The translations under genes were made by a program, and so were the position numbers. From NCBI GenBank assembly GCA_045638805.1, contig JAZUBZ010000045.1, positions 1-52,855 on the forward strand: a DNA stretch of 52,855 bases, given 5' to 3'. Shown here piece by piece: positions 38,979 to 47,996 of this stretch. Within the stretch, counting starts at the first letter, position 1. Each line of letters opens with the position of its first letter. The stretch is from Eubacteriales bacterium. GTDB lineage: Bacteria > Bacillota > Clostridia > Oscillospirales > CAG-272. The notes under the pieces were generated by a model. That model did not search any database, was not told where the DNA came from, and saw only the letters and a list, made by a program, of their open reading frames with translations.

Positions 38979-39518
38979 ATGAAGCTTTTCATCGCATCCG
39001 ACATCCACGGCTCAGCCTACTACGCTGAGCTTGCCGTTAAAAATTTTCTTGAAAGCGGTTCCGAGCGTCTCCTTCTGTTAGGAGATATTCTGTATCACGG
39101 GCCGAGAAACGATCTGCCCCGAGATTACGCTCCAAAGAAGGTGATCGCTCTACTGAATCCTCTTGCAGATAAGATCCTTGCCGTACGCGGCAACTGCGAG
39201 GCCGAGGTAGACCAGATGGTGCTTGACTTCAACGTATCGAGCGATTATCTGACGCTTTGTGACGGCGATGTTACCATCTGCGCGTCCCACGGTCACAGAC
39301 CCGTGCCAGCTCTCGGAGAAGGAGACGTACATCTCTTTGGTCACACCCACGTTCCCGTGATCGAAAAAACAGAGGCGGGATACTTTAACGTAAACCCCGG
39401 AAGCATCTCTATTCCTAAGGAAAGCTCTCCACACAGCTGTATCATATACGAAAACGGCGTTTTCAATTGGTACGATCTTGAAACGGGTGAGTGTTACAAA
39501 GCAGGAAACGTAAGATAA
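38979..39518 (+). CDS. YfcE-family metallophosphodiesterase
   Basis: SDIHGS, GDILYHGPRN, RGNC, HGH, GHTH, NPGS. Confidence 0.93.
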   Translation: MKLFIASDIHGSAYYAELAVKNFLESGSERLLLLGDILYHGPRNDLPRDYAPKKVIALLNPLADKILAVRGNCEAEVDQMVLDFNVSSDYLTLCDGDVTICASHGHRPVPALGEGDVHLFGHTHVPVIEKTEAGYFNVNPGSISIPKESSPHSCIIYENGVFNWYDLETGECYKAGNVR

Positions 39519-39588
39519 AGAAAAAAGGGCACTTTTTCTTGCGGGGGCTATAATAAAAGCCCGGGTAAACCCTGACAGATAGAAAAAG

Positions 39589-39697
39589 ATAGGCATATCT
39601 GCCGAAATCTGATAAAATAAAGTTGACGAGACAAAATTTTATCGGATAAGCAGGTATGCCTATGTTAGATTATACAGGAAACGACGTCACTGTTTGA
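39589..39697 (+). mobile_element. Possible IS left-end remnant (75-bp hairpin enclosing a promoter-like motif and ATG, 11-codon stub)
   Basis: Nested inverted repeats ATAGGCATATCTGC/GCAGGTATGCCTAT and ATCTGATAAAAT/ATTTTATCGGAT; ATG at 39662 stops after 11 codons. Confidence 0.3.
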
Positions 39698-39744
39698 AAA
39701 GCAAACGATGCGTCACGTAAACGGATGAACGAACTGTTACATGT

Positions 39745-40001
39745 GTAGGGACCGGCGTCCCCGACGGTCAGAGCATATTCTCTACGCGAAATGCACAAAT
39801 GACCCGTCCGTGGAGACGGTGCAAGACGTATGGACGGGAGCAGCGAACTACTCCCCTACGATGTTTTTTTGGGGGTATCCGTAGGGGCTGTACCTGTGAT
39901 CCGGTCCATGGGTTAATTTAGTGGAAGTCGTTTATTCACCCGTAGCCGTGAAGACGGTTCGGATCATACGGAAACGGGCGACCGCAAGGGATCGCCCCTA
40001 C
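39745..40001. repeat. Four GTAG-type REP palindromes arranged as two inverted doublets (REPIN/BIME-like)
   Basis: GTAGGGACCGGCGTCCCCGACGGTC (+39745), GTAGGGGAGTAGTTCGCTGCTCCCGT (-39859), GTAGGGGCTGTACCTGTGATCCGGTCC (+39881), GTAGGGGCGATCCCTTGCGGTCGCCCGT (-40001). Confidence 0.8.
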
Positions 40002-40060
40002 CGGATGTAAACGGTGTTTTCCCACAGCCGTAGAGTAAAATATAAATCCAACGAAAAGAT

Positions 40061-40096
40061 CCCGCCGAGGGCGACCCAATAGTCACGCTCGGCGGG
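40061..40096. terminator. Terminator-like hairpin, copy A of a repeat flanking the long ECF gene
   Basis: CCCGCCGAGGGCGAC-ccaata-GTCACGCTCGGCGGG. Confidence 0.75.
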
Positions 40097-40101
40097 TGTT
40101 G

Positions 40102-41658
40102 TTAATTATTCAAAACAACGTATGTTGTCGGCATTTCAAGAGGATGCCATGTTGTTGACAAAAATTTTCTCTCGATAAGAATCGTTGCGGGGATGCAAAC
40201 CGCATTTACGAACTTATCCATTGACGCAATACCTATAACTTGTCCTTGCAAATGCTTTGGAGTATGTGTACCCAAAATCTCCGCGGCAGTTTTATCCATT
40301 TGCTTGATAATTGATACAAGTCTGTCGGATATAAATTCCTGCACCATGTTTTTAATTGACATATATTGTTCAGGTGTGTATATCGGTACTGTTGCGCGGT
40401 ATGTTTCGTTTTCCTTAATGACATACCCCTTTTTGATCATTTCAGCAATAGCCTCAAGATCATATTCACTCAATGTCATATTTTCTCCACGGCAAATATC
40501 ACAATAAACATTGATAAACCGTTCGTTTCCATAAAAATCGTGATGATCTCCCTTCCCTTTACCATCCTTCCAATAATCCAAAAAGTTTATACTGTCACCG
40601 TGTTTACTGTCTGCACCGCAGTATGAAAATATGTGTCTATCGTTAAGCTGTTCTACACACCAAATATATGCATTTTCTCCCCATCCTGTTTTCGGTGCAT
40701 CTATTGACCCGCCGCAGTCAACGCCGCTGATCATTCTGAAAATGATTGTAGCAAGTTGCCAACGCAATGTATTCTCTGAAAAATTACAACCACTGAATCC
40801 AGTCTTTTTATAAGCATCTGTATTGTTATTTATGAAATACTCTATTTCATCAGAAATCTGTTCATGATATCTTGTAACAGCTCGTTCGATCTCGTCAGCA
40901 CACTCTGCTGAAATAATTATCACGTTTGCCCTGTAGTGCTTTCCGTCTCTAATTATAACCTGTTTATCTTCAAGTTCTCTTATCTCATCGTCAAGATACG
41001 GAAGCGGAATTCCCGTCTCGAGACTGATTTGTTGTACATTCAGCGCGTCATTATAGCAAGCACTGACGATATTCTGTCTGATCTTGCTTTGCATAAAACG
41101 CCAAAAATGATTGGGACCTTGACCACTGTACATGGGTATCAATGTTTTGGGATTATAACTAAGTTCTCCAAGATTTCTTTCCATATTCATTCCCTCTTTC
41201 AGTATTTTTCTTGATTTAAACAGCAGGTATTTGACCATGCTCTCGGAAATGGTGAGCTTAGATGAGATTTCAGAACAAGAACGCCCATCAATGTAATACA
41301 AAATCGTTGCTTTTCGATATTTCTCGGATAACAAAGCAAGTTCGCGACGGAGAAGGTATATATCGTTATTATTATCTTCCACTGAACTTTCATCCGAGGG
41401 AATGTCATCCGTCCATTCACAAGTATTATTTTTCAGTTTCTTCCTATACCACTGTTTATAGACGTTTCCTGCGACTCCCCACATAAAAGCATAAAACGCA
41501 TTGTCATCACGGATATTTTCAGCCGATCTTATCAACTCATATATAATATCCTGCGACAGATCTTCTGCTTCTTCACGCGTAGGCGTTTTTGCCATACAGT
41601 ACGAGAAAATAGTTTTTGATACTTCTGTAATTTTCACGTGAAGTTCGTTTTCGTTCAT
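40102..41658 (-). CDS. ECF-type sigma-70 factor with long C-terminal extension
   Basis: EAEDLSQDI (region 2), SCSEIS..L.ISESMVKYLLFKSRK.L (region 4), then about 360 extra aa; AT-rich; GGAGGTG RBS. Confidence 0.88.
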   Translation of the reverse strand: MNENELHVKITEVSKTIFSYCMAKTPTREEAEDLSQDIIYELIRSAENIRDDNAFYAFMWGVAGNVYKQWYRKKLKNNTCEWTDDIPSDESSVEDNNNDIYLLRRELALLSEKYRKATILYYIDGRSCSEISSKLTISESMVKYLLFKSRKILKEGMNMERNLGELSYNPKTLIPMYSGQGPNHFWRFMQSKIRQNIVSACYNDALNVQQISLETGIPLPYLDDEIRELEDKQVIIRDGKHYRANVIIISAECADEIERAVTRYHEQISDEIEYFINNNTDAYKKTGFSGCNFSENTLRWQLATIIFRMISGVDCGGSIDAPKTGWGENAYIWCVEQLNDRHIFSYCGADSKHGDSINFLDYWKDGKGKGDHHDFYGNERFINVYCDICRGENMTLSEYDLEAIAEMIKKGYVIKENETYRATVPIYTPEQYMSIKNMVQEFISDRLVSIIKQMDKTAAEILGTHTPKHLQGQVIGIASMDKFVNAVCIPATILIERKFLSTTWHPLEMPTTYVVLNN

Positions 41659-41766
41659 ATGCTCACCTCCTATCGTCTTTTTTAGAAGCTTCTGACCTAA
41701 TAGTGAAAGAAAAATGATTTGGTTAATGTTTTTTCTAAAATAGTTTTAACTAAAATCTAAAAAGCA

Positions 41767-41801
41767 CCCGCCGAGGGCGACTGGTTGGTCACTCTCGGCG
41801 G
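41767..41801. terminator. Terminator-like hairpin, copy B (terminator of the serine hydrolase gene)
   Basis: CCCGCCGAGGGCGAC-tggttg-GTCACTCTCGGCGG, with T-tract on the minus strand. Confidence 0.75.
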
Positions 41802-41821
41802 TATTATTATTCAAATCACTC

Positions 41822-42964
41822 TCACAATACGCAGCTGTATACAGCATTTCTAAACCTGGGGGCGAAATATTCCTCTTGGCTGTTGAGCATATGCTGGCAG
41901 TAGAATGCAGCCAAGTTGTTATCGGGGTCGATAAGCACGTGTGCGCCTGCGGCACCCGCCCAGCCGAATTCTCCCACAGGTCCGTTTGAACCTGCCTCAG
42001 AGGGAGACACCATTGTACGCACACCAAGACCATAGCTGTAGCCGTAAAGGTGCATCCAATCGAAATACTTCATAACCTTACCCTGCATTGCATCCGCGCG
42101 CATAAGGTCGATAGTGCCTCTTGAAAGTATCTTCGCTCCGTTAAGTCCCACGCCGCCGTTTGCCATTGCGTACGCAAACTTTCCGTAGTCCTCAACGGTG
42201 GATATAAGTCCCGCGCCGCCGCTGTCGTACTCTGTTCCGAATACGAAGCTTACGCTGTTATCTGATGGGATGAGTCTGCCCTTGTCATCGTCGTATGTAT
42301 ACTGACGAGCCATTCTTTCTATAATGTCCGCTGAGGGATTGGTAAAGGTGGAGTCCTCCATGCCCAGAGGATCAAAGATCACACGCTTAACATAGTTTGC
42401 AAATCTCTCCCCGGAAACGACCTCTACAAGACAAGCGAGGATATCATGGCTGATGCCGTAGCTCCATGCGCTTCCCGGCTCCTCGTTAAGTGGCATTTTA
42501 GCAAATGCCTTTATCACCTCACGTGTAGGACATCTGCCGCCCGTTCTTTCCTTTACTTCCTTGATGTTCGCCTTTTCAAAATCGTATGAGTAACCTGAGC
42601 TCATGGTGAAAAGGTCACGTATTTTTATTTTATTCTTTGCGGGAGTGAGAATCTCGTTGCCGTTTTCATCCTTCGTAAGTATCACGCGGTCCGCAAACTC
42701 GGGCAGATATCTCTCAACAGGATCTGCAAGCAGTATGTCTCCCTTTTCAAGGAGAGTCAGCGCAGCCGCACAGGTGATGGGCTTTGAGCATGACCACATA
42801 TTGTAAGTCTCGTTACCACTTAACTTTTTGCCTGCTTCAATATCAGCGTATCCCGTAAAGTAACGGTGAAGCACACGTCCGTCTTTTATTACGATACAGT
42901 CGCACCCGGGCATCCTCCACGCCACAAGTCTGTCAAGAAGTGCATCAAGTTTTGAAAAATCCAT
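41822..42964 (-). CDS. Serine hydrolase, beta-lactamase/PBP-like family (probable esterase)
   Basis: SCSK (SxxK), PG..WSY, GGAGL.ST..DY, YGLG, FGWAGAAG; no signal peptide. Confidence 0.9.
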   Translation of the reverse strand: MDFSKLDALLDRLVAWRMPGCDCIVIKDGRVLHRYFTGYADIEAGKKLSGNETYNMWSCSKPITCAAALTLLEKGDILLADPVERYLPEFADRVILTKDENGNEILTPAKNKIKIRDLFTMSSGYSYDFEKANIKEVKERTGGRCPTREVIKAFAKMPLNEEPGSAWSYGISHDILACLVEVVSGERFANYVKRVIFDPLGMEDSTFTNPSADIIERMARQYTYDDDKGRLIPSDNSVSFVFGTEYDSGGAGLISTVEDYGKFAYAMANGGVGLNGAKILSRGTIDLMRADAMQGKVMKYFDWMHLYGYSYGLGVRTMVSPSEAGSNGPVGEFGWAGAAGAHVLIDPDNNLAAFYCQHMLNSQEEYFAPRFRNAVYSCVL

Positions 42965-43133
42965 AATAACCTCCGTATGAGAAATCTTATCTTAATCATA
43001 ACTCTATAATACAACAAAAACTACGTGATGTCAAGTAATTCCACAATGGGAAAATTCCCGAAAGCACTTGCAATAATTCCCCTCGCATGATAAAATCTAA
43101 TTAAGAAAACATTACGTCACGGAGGACGGTTCC

Positions 43134-44102
43134 ATGAACAAAAAATACACGATCGACCTGCATATGCATTCCATGCTGTCCGACGGTAAGGAGACTCCCG
43201 TTGAAGTCATCAATACCGCCAAGAGCTTCGGTCTTACAAAAATGGTAATGACCGACCACAATACTCTTCATCCCAACATGGACAAGCTGAGAGCATACGC
43301 CGAGTCCCAGGGGATCGAAATGCCTTTTTCCGGATGTGAAGCAAGCGTTGCCTACTACAACGAAAAGGGAGACATTGAGGGTACCTTCCATATGCTTGTC
43401 TACGGAGAGGACGACCTTATAAGAGACCCTCGCTTCACCGAGGCTGTGGGTCACTACAACGATCCCTATAACAAAGAGACTATCGCGGAGCTTAAAAGAT
43501 TTAACGATGCGGGATATGAGCTGTCATACGAAGAAGTGTTCATATTCGACGCAGATATCGCTCCCATGGAAAAGCATGACAAGGGATCAGAGCGTCACCT
43601 TATCAAATGTCTTGCCAAGAAGCAGGGTCGCCCCTACTCCGAGGTTGAAGCAGAAGTCGAGCATCTCCATACCTGCCGTTTATATACGGGAAGAAGCTGG
43701 TTGCAGCAGTTGGCTCTCATGCCCGACGCAAAGGAGCTTATCGCCCTTGCAAGAAGCCTCGGTCTTGTTACCGTAATGGCACATCCAATGTGGGTAGAAA
43801 ACGCACCCAAGCTTTCAAATCAGGACTGGCTGCCTTGTGAAAGAGTTATGGATATCATCAGAGACCTTCATTCTCACGGGCTTGACGGTGTTGAGGTATC
43901 CCACCAGATGAACTTCGACAGCTTCCCCGAAACTCTCCGCGGTATGGCAAAGGAGCTTGATATGCTCACAACGGGAGGGTCTGACTACCACGCTGAGGAG
44001 GACTACGGTCAGCACGTAACCGAATATGGTGTGACCGAGGAAGAATTCGCACGTCTTGAAGCTCTCGTTCACGAGAGAGCGGCAGAGTTCAGAAACAGAT
44101 GA
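43134..44102 (+). CDS. PHP-domain phosphoesterase
   Basis: DLHMHSMLSDG, TDHN, AHP, DGVEV.H, GGSDYH. Confidence 0.9.
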   Translation: MNKKYTIDLHMHSMLSDGKETPVEVINTAKSFGLTKMVMTDHNTLHPNMDKLRAYAESQGIEMPFSGCEASVAYYNEKGDIEGTFHMLVYGEDDLIRDPRFTEAVGHYNDPYNKETIAELKRFNDAGYELSYEEVFIFDADIAPMEKHDKGSERHLIKCLAKKQGRPYSEVEAEVEHLHTCRLYTGRSWLQQLALMPDAKELIALARSLGLVTVMAHPMWVENAPKLSNQDWLPCERVMDIIRDLHSHGLDGVEVSHQMNFDSFPETLRGMAKELDMLTTGGSDYHAEEDYGQHVTEYGVTEEEFARLEALVHERAAEFRNR

Positions 44103-44316
44103 TAATTCCTTCTTACAGGTATTTTTCTCCTGTATGACGAATTAATTTCGCATATTCTCTTGACTTATTTGAAAATACTGTTATAATTATCTTAATGGGT
44201 GTATTGTGCCTATTTGAGGCATCCCCCATACATAAATTAAAAATAAACAGCGCCTGTGGCGCCTGTTACATGATCAACTTTTTTTGCCGCCGTACTTCGG
44301 CGGAATGGAGGTCTTT

Positions 44317-45360
44317 ATGAAGAAAAATTGTGCTGTTATCGGATACGGCGGAATGGGCGGTTGGCATACCGAACATCTCCTTAAGAGCGACGTTGTTAAC
44401 CTTGCAGGTATCTACGACATTAAGGAAGAAAGATGTAAGCTCGCTGAGTCCCGCGGAATCCGCGCATACGCATCCAGAGAAGAGCTTCTCGCTGACGAGT
44501 CCATTGAGGTAGTAACCGTTGCTATCCCCAATGACGTTCACGAGGAAGTTGTTATCGCTTGCCTTGATGCAGGTAAGAACGTAATTTGTGAAAAGCCCGT
44601 TACTCTCTCTATGGAGAGCCTTGAAAGAATGATCGCGGCAGCTGAGAGAAACGGCAAGATCTTCTCCGTTCACCAGAACAGACGCTGGGACGTTGACTAT
44701 CTTGCAATGAAGCAGCTCAGTGAAACAGGTGAGATCGGCGACATTATCAATATCGAATCCCGTATCCACGGCAGCCGTGGTATCCCCTCCGACTGGAGAG
44801 GTATCAAGCAGTACGGCGGCGGTATGCTCTACGACTGGGGTGTTCACCTCATCGACCAGGCACTTATGGTTCTCGGCTTTGACGGCATTAAGAGCGTAAG
44901 ATGCACATTCGAGCACATCACCAACGACGAGGTTGACGACGGCTTTAAGCTTTGGATCAACTACGAGGACGGCAAGGAAGCGTTCATCGAGGTTGGTACA
45001 TACAACTTCATCGCTATGCCCCGTTTCTACATGAGAGCTAAGGACGGCTCAGCTTTCATCTCCGACTGGAGAGAAAAGTGCCGTGTTGCTAAGTGCAAGG
45101 CTTGGCATGAGTCCGACGTTGTTCCCGTGCAGACAGCCGCAGGTCTTACAAAGACTATGGCTCCCCGCGACAGCATCACTCTCGACGAGTACCAGCTCGA
45201 GCGTCCTCACTCCGACGTTCACGACTACTACAGAAACTTCCTCCGCGCTGTTGACGGCGTAGAGTCTCAGTTCGTAACTCACGACCAGATGAGAGTTGTT
45301 CTCAAGGTCATCATGAAGGCTTTCGAGTCTGTTGAGTGCGGCGAGAAGGTAATGTTCTAA
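44317..45360 (+). CDS. Gfo/Idh/MocA family oxidoreductase
   Basis: IGYGGMG, CEKP, HQNRRWD, GGGMLYDWGVH.ID; ATG 44317 after GGAGG. Confidence 0.93.
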   Translation: MKKNCAVIGYGGMGGWHTEHLLKSDVVNLAGIYDIKEERCKLAESRGIRAYASREELLADESIEVVTVAIPNDVHEEVVIACLDAGKNVICEKPVTLSMESLERMIAAAERNGKIFSVHQNRRWDVDYLAMKQLSETGEIGDIINIESRIHGSRGIPSDWRGIKQYGGGMLYDWGVHLIDQALMVLGFDGIKSVRCTFEHITNDEVDDGFKLWINYEDGKEAFIEVGTYNFIAMPRFYMRAKDGSAFISDWREKCRVAKCKAWHESDVVPVQTAAGLTKTMAPRDSITLDEYQLERPHSDVHDYYRNFLRAVDGVESQFVTHDQMRVVLKVIMKAFESVECGEKVMF

Positions 45361-45372
45361 TTAAAATATTCT

Positions 45373-45417
45373 AAGTACCGCAGGCTCCGCGGATATTCCG
45401 TGGAGTCTGCGGTACTT
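45373..45417. terminator. Long stem-loop between the oxidoreductase and the esterase array
   Basis: AAGTACCGCAGGCTCCGCGGA-tat-TCCGTGGAGTCTGCGGTACTT; weak U-tract. Confidence 0.55.
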
Positions 45418-45463
45418 GCGCAAAATACACCGCTAAATGCAAAAAACAGGATCGGAGTTAACT

Positions 45464-46300
45464 ATGGAATACATCAGACTTTGGGAAGGAACACCTCCCT
45501 ATTACAACGAAGACTACAAAAATGACGATAACACCGACGTAGTACCCAGTCTGAGTCCGTACGTGCTTCCCGCTCAGAAGGACGAAAACGGAAACACCAA
45601 AAAGCGTGGCTGTGTTATCGTATGTCCCGGTGGATCATACTGTAGCAGAGCATATCACGAGGGAGAGCCCGTATGTGAGTTCTTCAATGAACACGGCATC
45701 AACGGCTTTACCATTAACTACCGCGTTGCTCCCTACGATTACCACGCTATCCGCGCTGACGTCAACCGCGCGGTAAGATGGGTGCGCTATCACGCTGACG
45801 AATACGGAATCGATCCCGACAAGATTGCCATTCTCGGCTTCTCCGCAGGCGGCCACCTTGCTACAATGGGTGCTACTAATTATGACCGCGGTCTTGAAGA
45901 GGGAGACGAGATCGACCGTGTTTCCTGCCGTCCCGACGCAGCTCTTCTTTGCTATGCTGTGATCAGCATGACTCCTGCGCTTACACACGACTTGTCAAGA
46001 GACATCCTCATAGGCAGATTCGATGAAGAGTTCAAGGAAATGCTCACAAAACAGCTTTCCGGTGAGCTTGCAGTAACGGATGATACACCTCCCATGTTCC
46101 TTTGGCACACTGCGGCTGATAACTGTGTTATAGTTGAAAACAGTATCTCAATGGCAACAGCGCTTTCCGCAAAGAAGATTCCCTTCGAGCTTCACGTGTT
46201 CGACAAGGGTGACCACGGCCTCGGCCTTGCAGAGAGTACCCACGGTGCTTCTCAGTGGCCTGCTCTCGCAGCAGATTGGCTGAAGAGGCAGGGCTTCTGA
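45464..46300 (+). CDS. Alpha/beta hydrolase (acetyl/xylan esterase-like), copy 1
   Basis: PGGSY oxyanion loop, GFSAGGH nucleophile, D in HTAADNCV, H in GDHGLG. Confidence 0.9.
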   Translation: MEYIRLWEGTPPYYNEDYKNDDNTDVVPSLSPYVLPAQKDENGNTKKRGCVIVCPGGSYCSRAYHEGEPVCEFFNEHGINGFTINYRVAPYDYHAIRADVNRAVRWVRYHADEYGIDPDKIAILGFSAGGHLATMGATNYDRGLEEGDEIDRVSCRPDAALLCYAVISMTPALTHDLSRDILIGRFDEEFKEMLTKQLSGELAVTDDTPPMFLWHTAADNCVIVENSISMATALSAKKIPFELHVFDKGDHGLGLAESTHGASQWPALAADWLKRQGF

Positions 46301-46301
46301 T

Positions 46302-47108
46302 ATGATCAAAATACCTTTATGGGAAAAGGACATTCCCTTTTGGGACGAGTCCATCCCCCAGACGGCTCCTTATCTGACACCGTATCTTCCCTCTCCCGAC
46401 GCAGAGAAAAAACGCGGTGCCATCATAATATGTCCCGGTGGGTCATACGTTATGAAGGCAGACCATGAGGGAAAATCAGCGGCTGAGCTGTTCAGCAAAA
46501 GAGGATTCACCTGCTTCCTCCTTGACTACAGGGTCTATCCCTACGGATACGAGGCTATCCGTGCAGATATCAACCGTGCCGTAAGATGGGTGCGTTACCA
46601 CGCAGACGAGTACGAAATCGCTTCGGACAAGATAGCTCTCATGGGCTTTTCGGCGGGAGGTCATCTTGCCGCAATGGGCGCCACCTGCTACGACCTGGGA
46701 CGGGATGACGGCGACGAGATCGACCGCACGTCCTGCAGACCCGATGCGTCTGTCCCCTGCTACGCAGTCATCAGCATGGTCGATGAGTTCGCCCACGATC
46801 ACAGCCGCTTTGCCCTTCTCGGTAAGGCGCCTCGTGAAAATAGAGATGAGCTGAGAAAAATATATTCCCCTCACCTTGCGGCAGACGAAAACACGCCTCC
46901 CATGTTCCTTTGGCACACTGCCGAGGACAACTGCGTGGACGTGGAAAACAGCATTGCCATGGCGGCATCTCTCAGCCGTCACAAGGTTCCCTTTGAGCTT
47001 CACGTTTTCGACAAGGGTCCCCACAGCATCGGTGTTGACGAAAGCTTTCCCGGTGCTGGACAGTGGGTCGCTCTGTTTGAAAACTGGATCGCAAGACTTG
47101 GATTTTAA
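46302..47108 (+). CDS. Alpha/beta hydrolase, copy 2
   Basis: PGGSY, GFSAGGH, EDNCV, GPHSIG. Confidence 0.9.
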   Translation: MIKIPLWEKDIPFWDESIPQTAPYLTPYLPSPDAEKKRGAIIICPGGSYVMKADHEGKSAAELFSKRGFTCFLLDYRVYPYGYEAIRADINRAVRWVRYHADEYEIASDKIALMGFSAGGHLAAMGATCYDLGRDDGDEIDRTSCRPDASVPCYAVISMVDEFAHDHSRFALLGKAPRENRDELRKIYSPHLAADENTPPMFLWHTAEDNCVDVENSIAMAASLSRHKVPFELHVFDKGPHSIGVDESFPGAGQWVALFENWIARLGF

Positions 47109-47143
47109 TAAACACATATCAAATAGAAGGATAGGATATAACC

Positions 47144-47965
47144 ATGGAAAACATCAAGCTTTGGGACAATGGTACTCCCTATTTTAACGAAGAGTACGGT
47201 CAGCCCGAAACATACTTGACACCTCACATCGTTACCGCAGAGACGGACGAAAACGGTAACGTCAAGAAGACCGGTTGCGTTATCGTATGTGCCGGCGGCG
47301 GCTACGAGTTCCGCGCGAACCACGAGGGAGACCCCGTTGCAGAATTTTTCAATCAGTACGGCATCAGCTCCTTCAACCTTGCGTACCGTTTTGCGCCCTA
47401 TAATTACTACGCTATCCGCGCAGACATCAACCGTGCAGTAAGATGGGTACGTTATCACGCGGAAGAATACAATATCGACCCCGATAAGATCGCAGTTCTC
47501 GGCTTCTCCGCAGGCGGTCACCTCGCTTGCATGGGTGCGACACAGTATGACCGCGGTCTTGAGGAAGGCGACGAGATCGATCGCACGTCCTGCAGACCCG
47601 ACGCGGCTGTTCTTTGCTACCCCGTTGTGACTCTTGCATCTGACTATACTCACAGAGGTACCCGCGCAAATCTTCTCGACGGTATCGAAGAGCCGCTCAG
47701 AAGTGAGCTTTTAGAAAAGCTTTCCGGCCAGAATGCTGTAACCCCCGATACTCCCCCCACTTTCCTTTACCACAACGCAGATGACGACGGAGTACCGCCC
47801 GAAAACTCCATCAACATGGCGGCAGCTCTTTCCAAGAACAAGATCCCCTTCGAGCTCCACTTGTTCCCCAACGGCGGACACGGCGGCGGACTTTACCGTG
47901 ATCTTGAGGGAACACGTCAGTGGCCTCATCTTGCAGCAAACTGGTTAAAGAGACTCGGATTTTAA
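47144..47965 (+). CDS. Alpha/beta hydrolase, copy 3
   Basis: AGGGY, GFSAGGH, DDDGV, GGHGGG. Confidence 0.9.
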   Translation: MENIKLWDNGTPYFNEEYGQPETYLTPHIVTAETDENGNVKKTGCVIVCAGGGYEFRANHEGDPVAEFFNQYGISSFNLAYRFAPYNYYAIRADINRAVRWVRYHAEEYNIDPDKIAVLGFSAGGHLACMGATQYDRGLEEGDEIDRTSCRPDAAVLCYPVVTLASDYTHRGTRANLLDGIEEPLRSELLEKLSGQNAVTPDTPPTFLYHNADDDGVPPENSINMAAALSKNKIPFELHLFPNGGHGGGLYRDLEGTRQWPHLAANWLKRLGF

Positions 47966-47996
47966 GACAACATAAGACAATAGGAGAAATATACAA

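Noticed and set aside
39745-40001. CRISPR array
   Set aside because: Units alternate in orientation, are not identical, have related spacers, and no cas genes are present.
41822-42964. Beta-lactam resistance gene
   Set aside because: It has the SxxK fold but no signal peptide and resembles family VIII esterase-like hydrolases; resistance is not supported.
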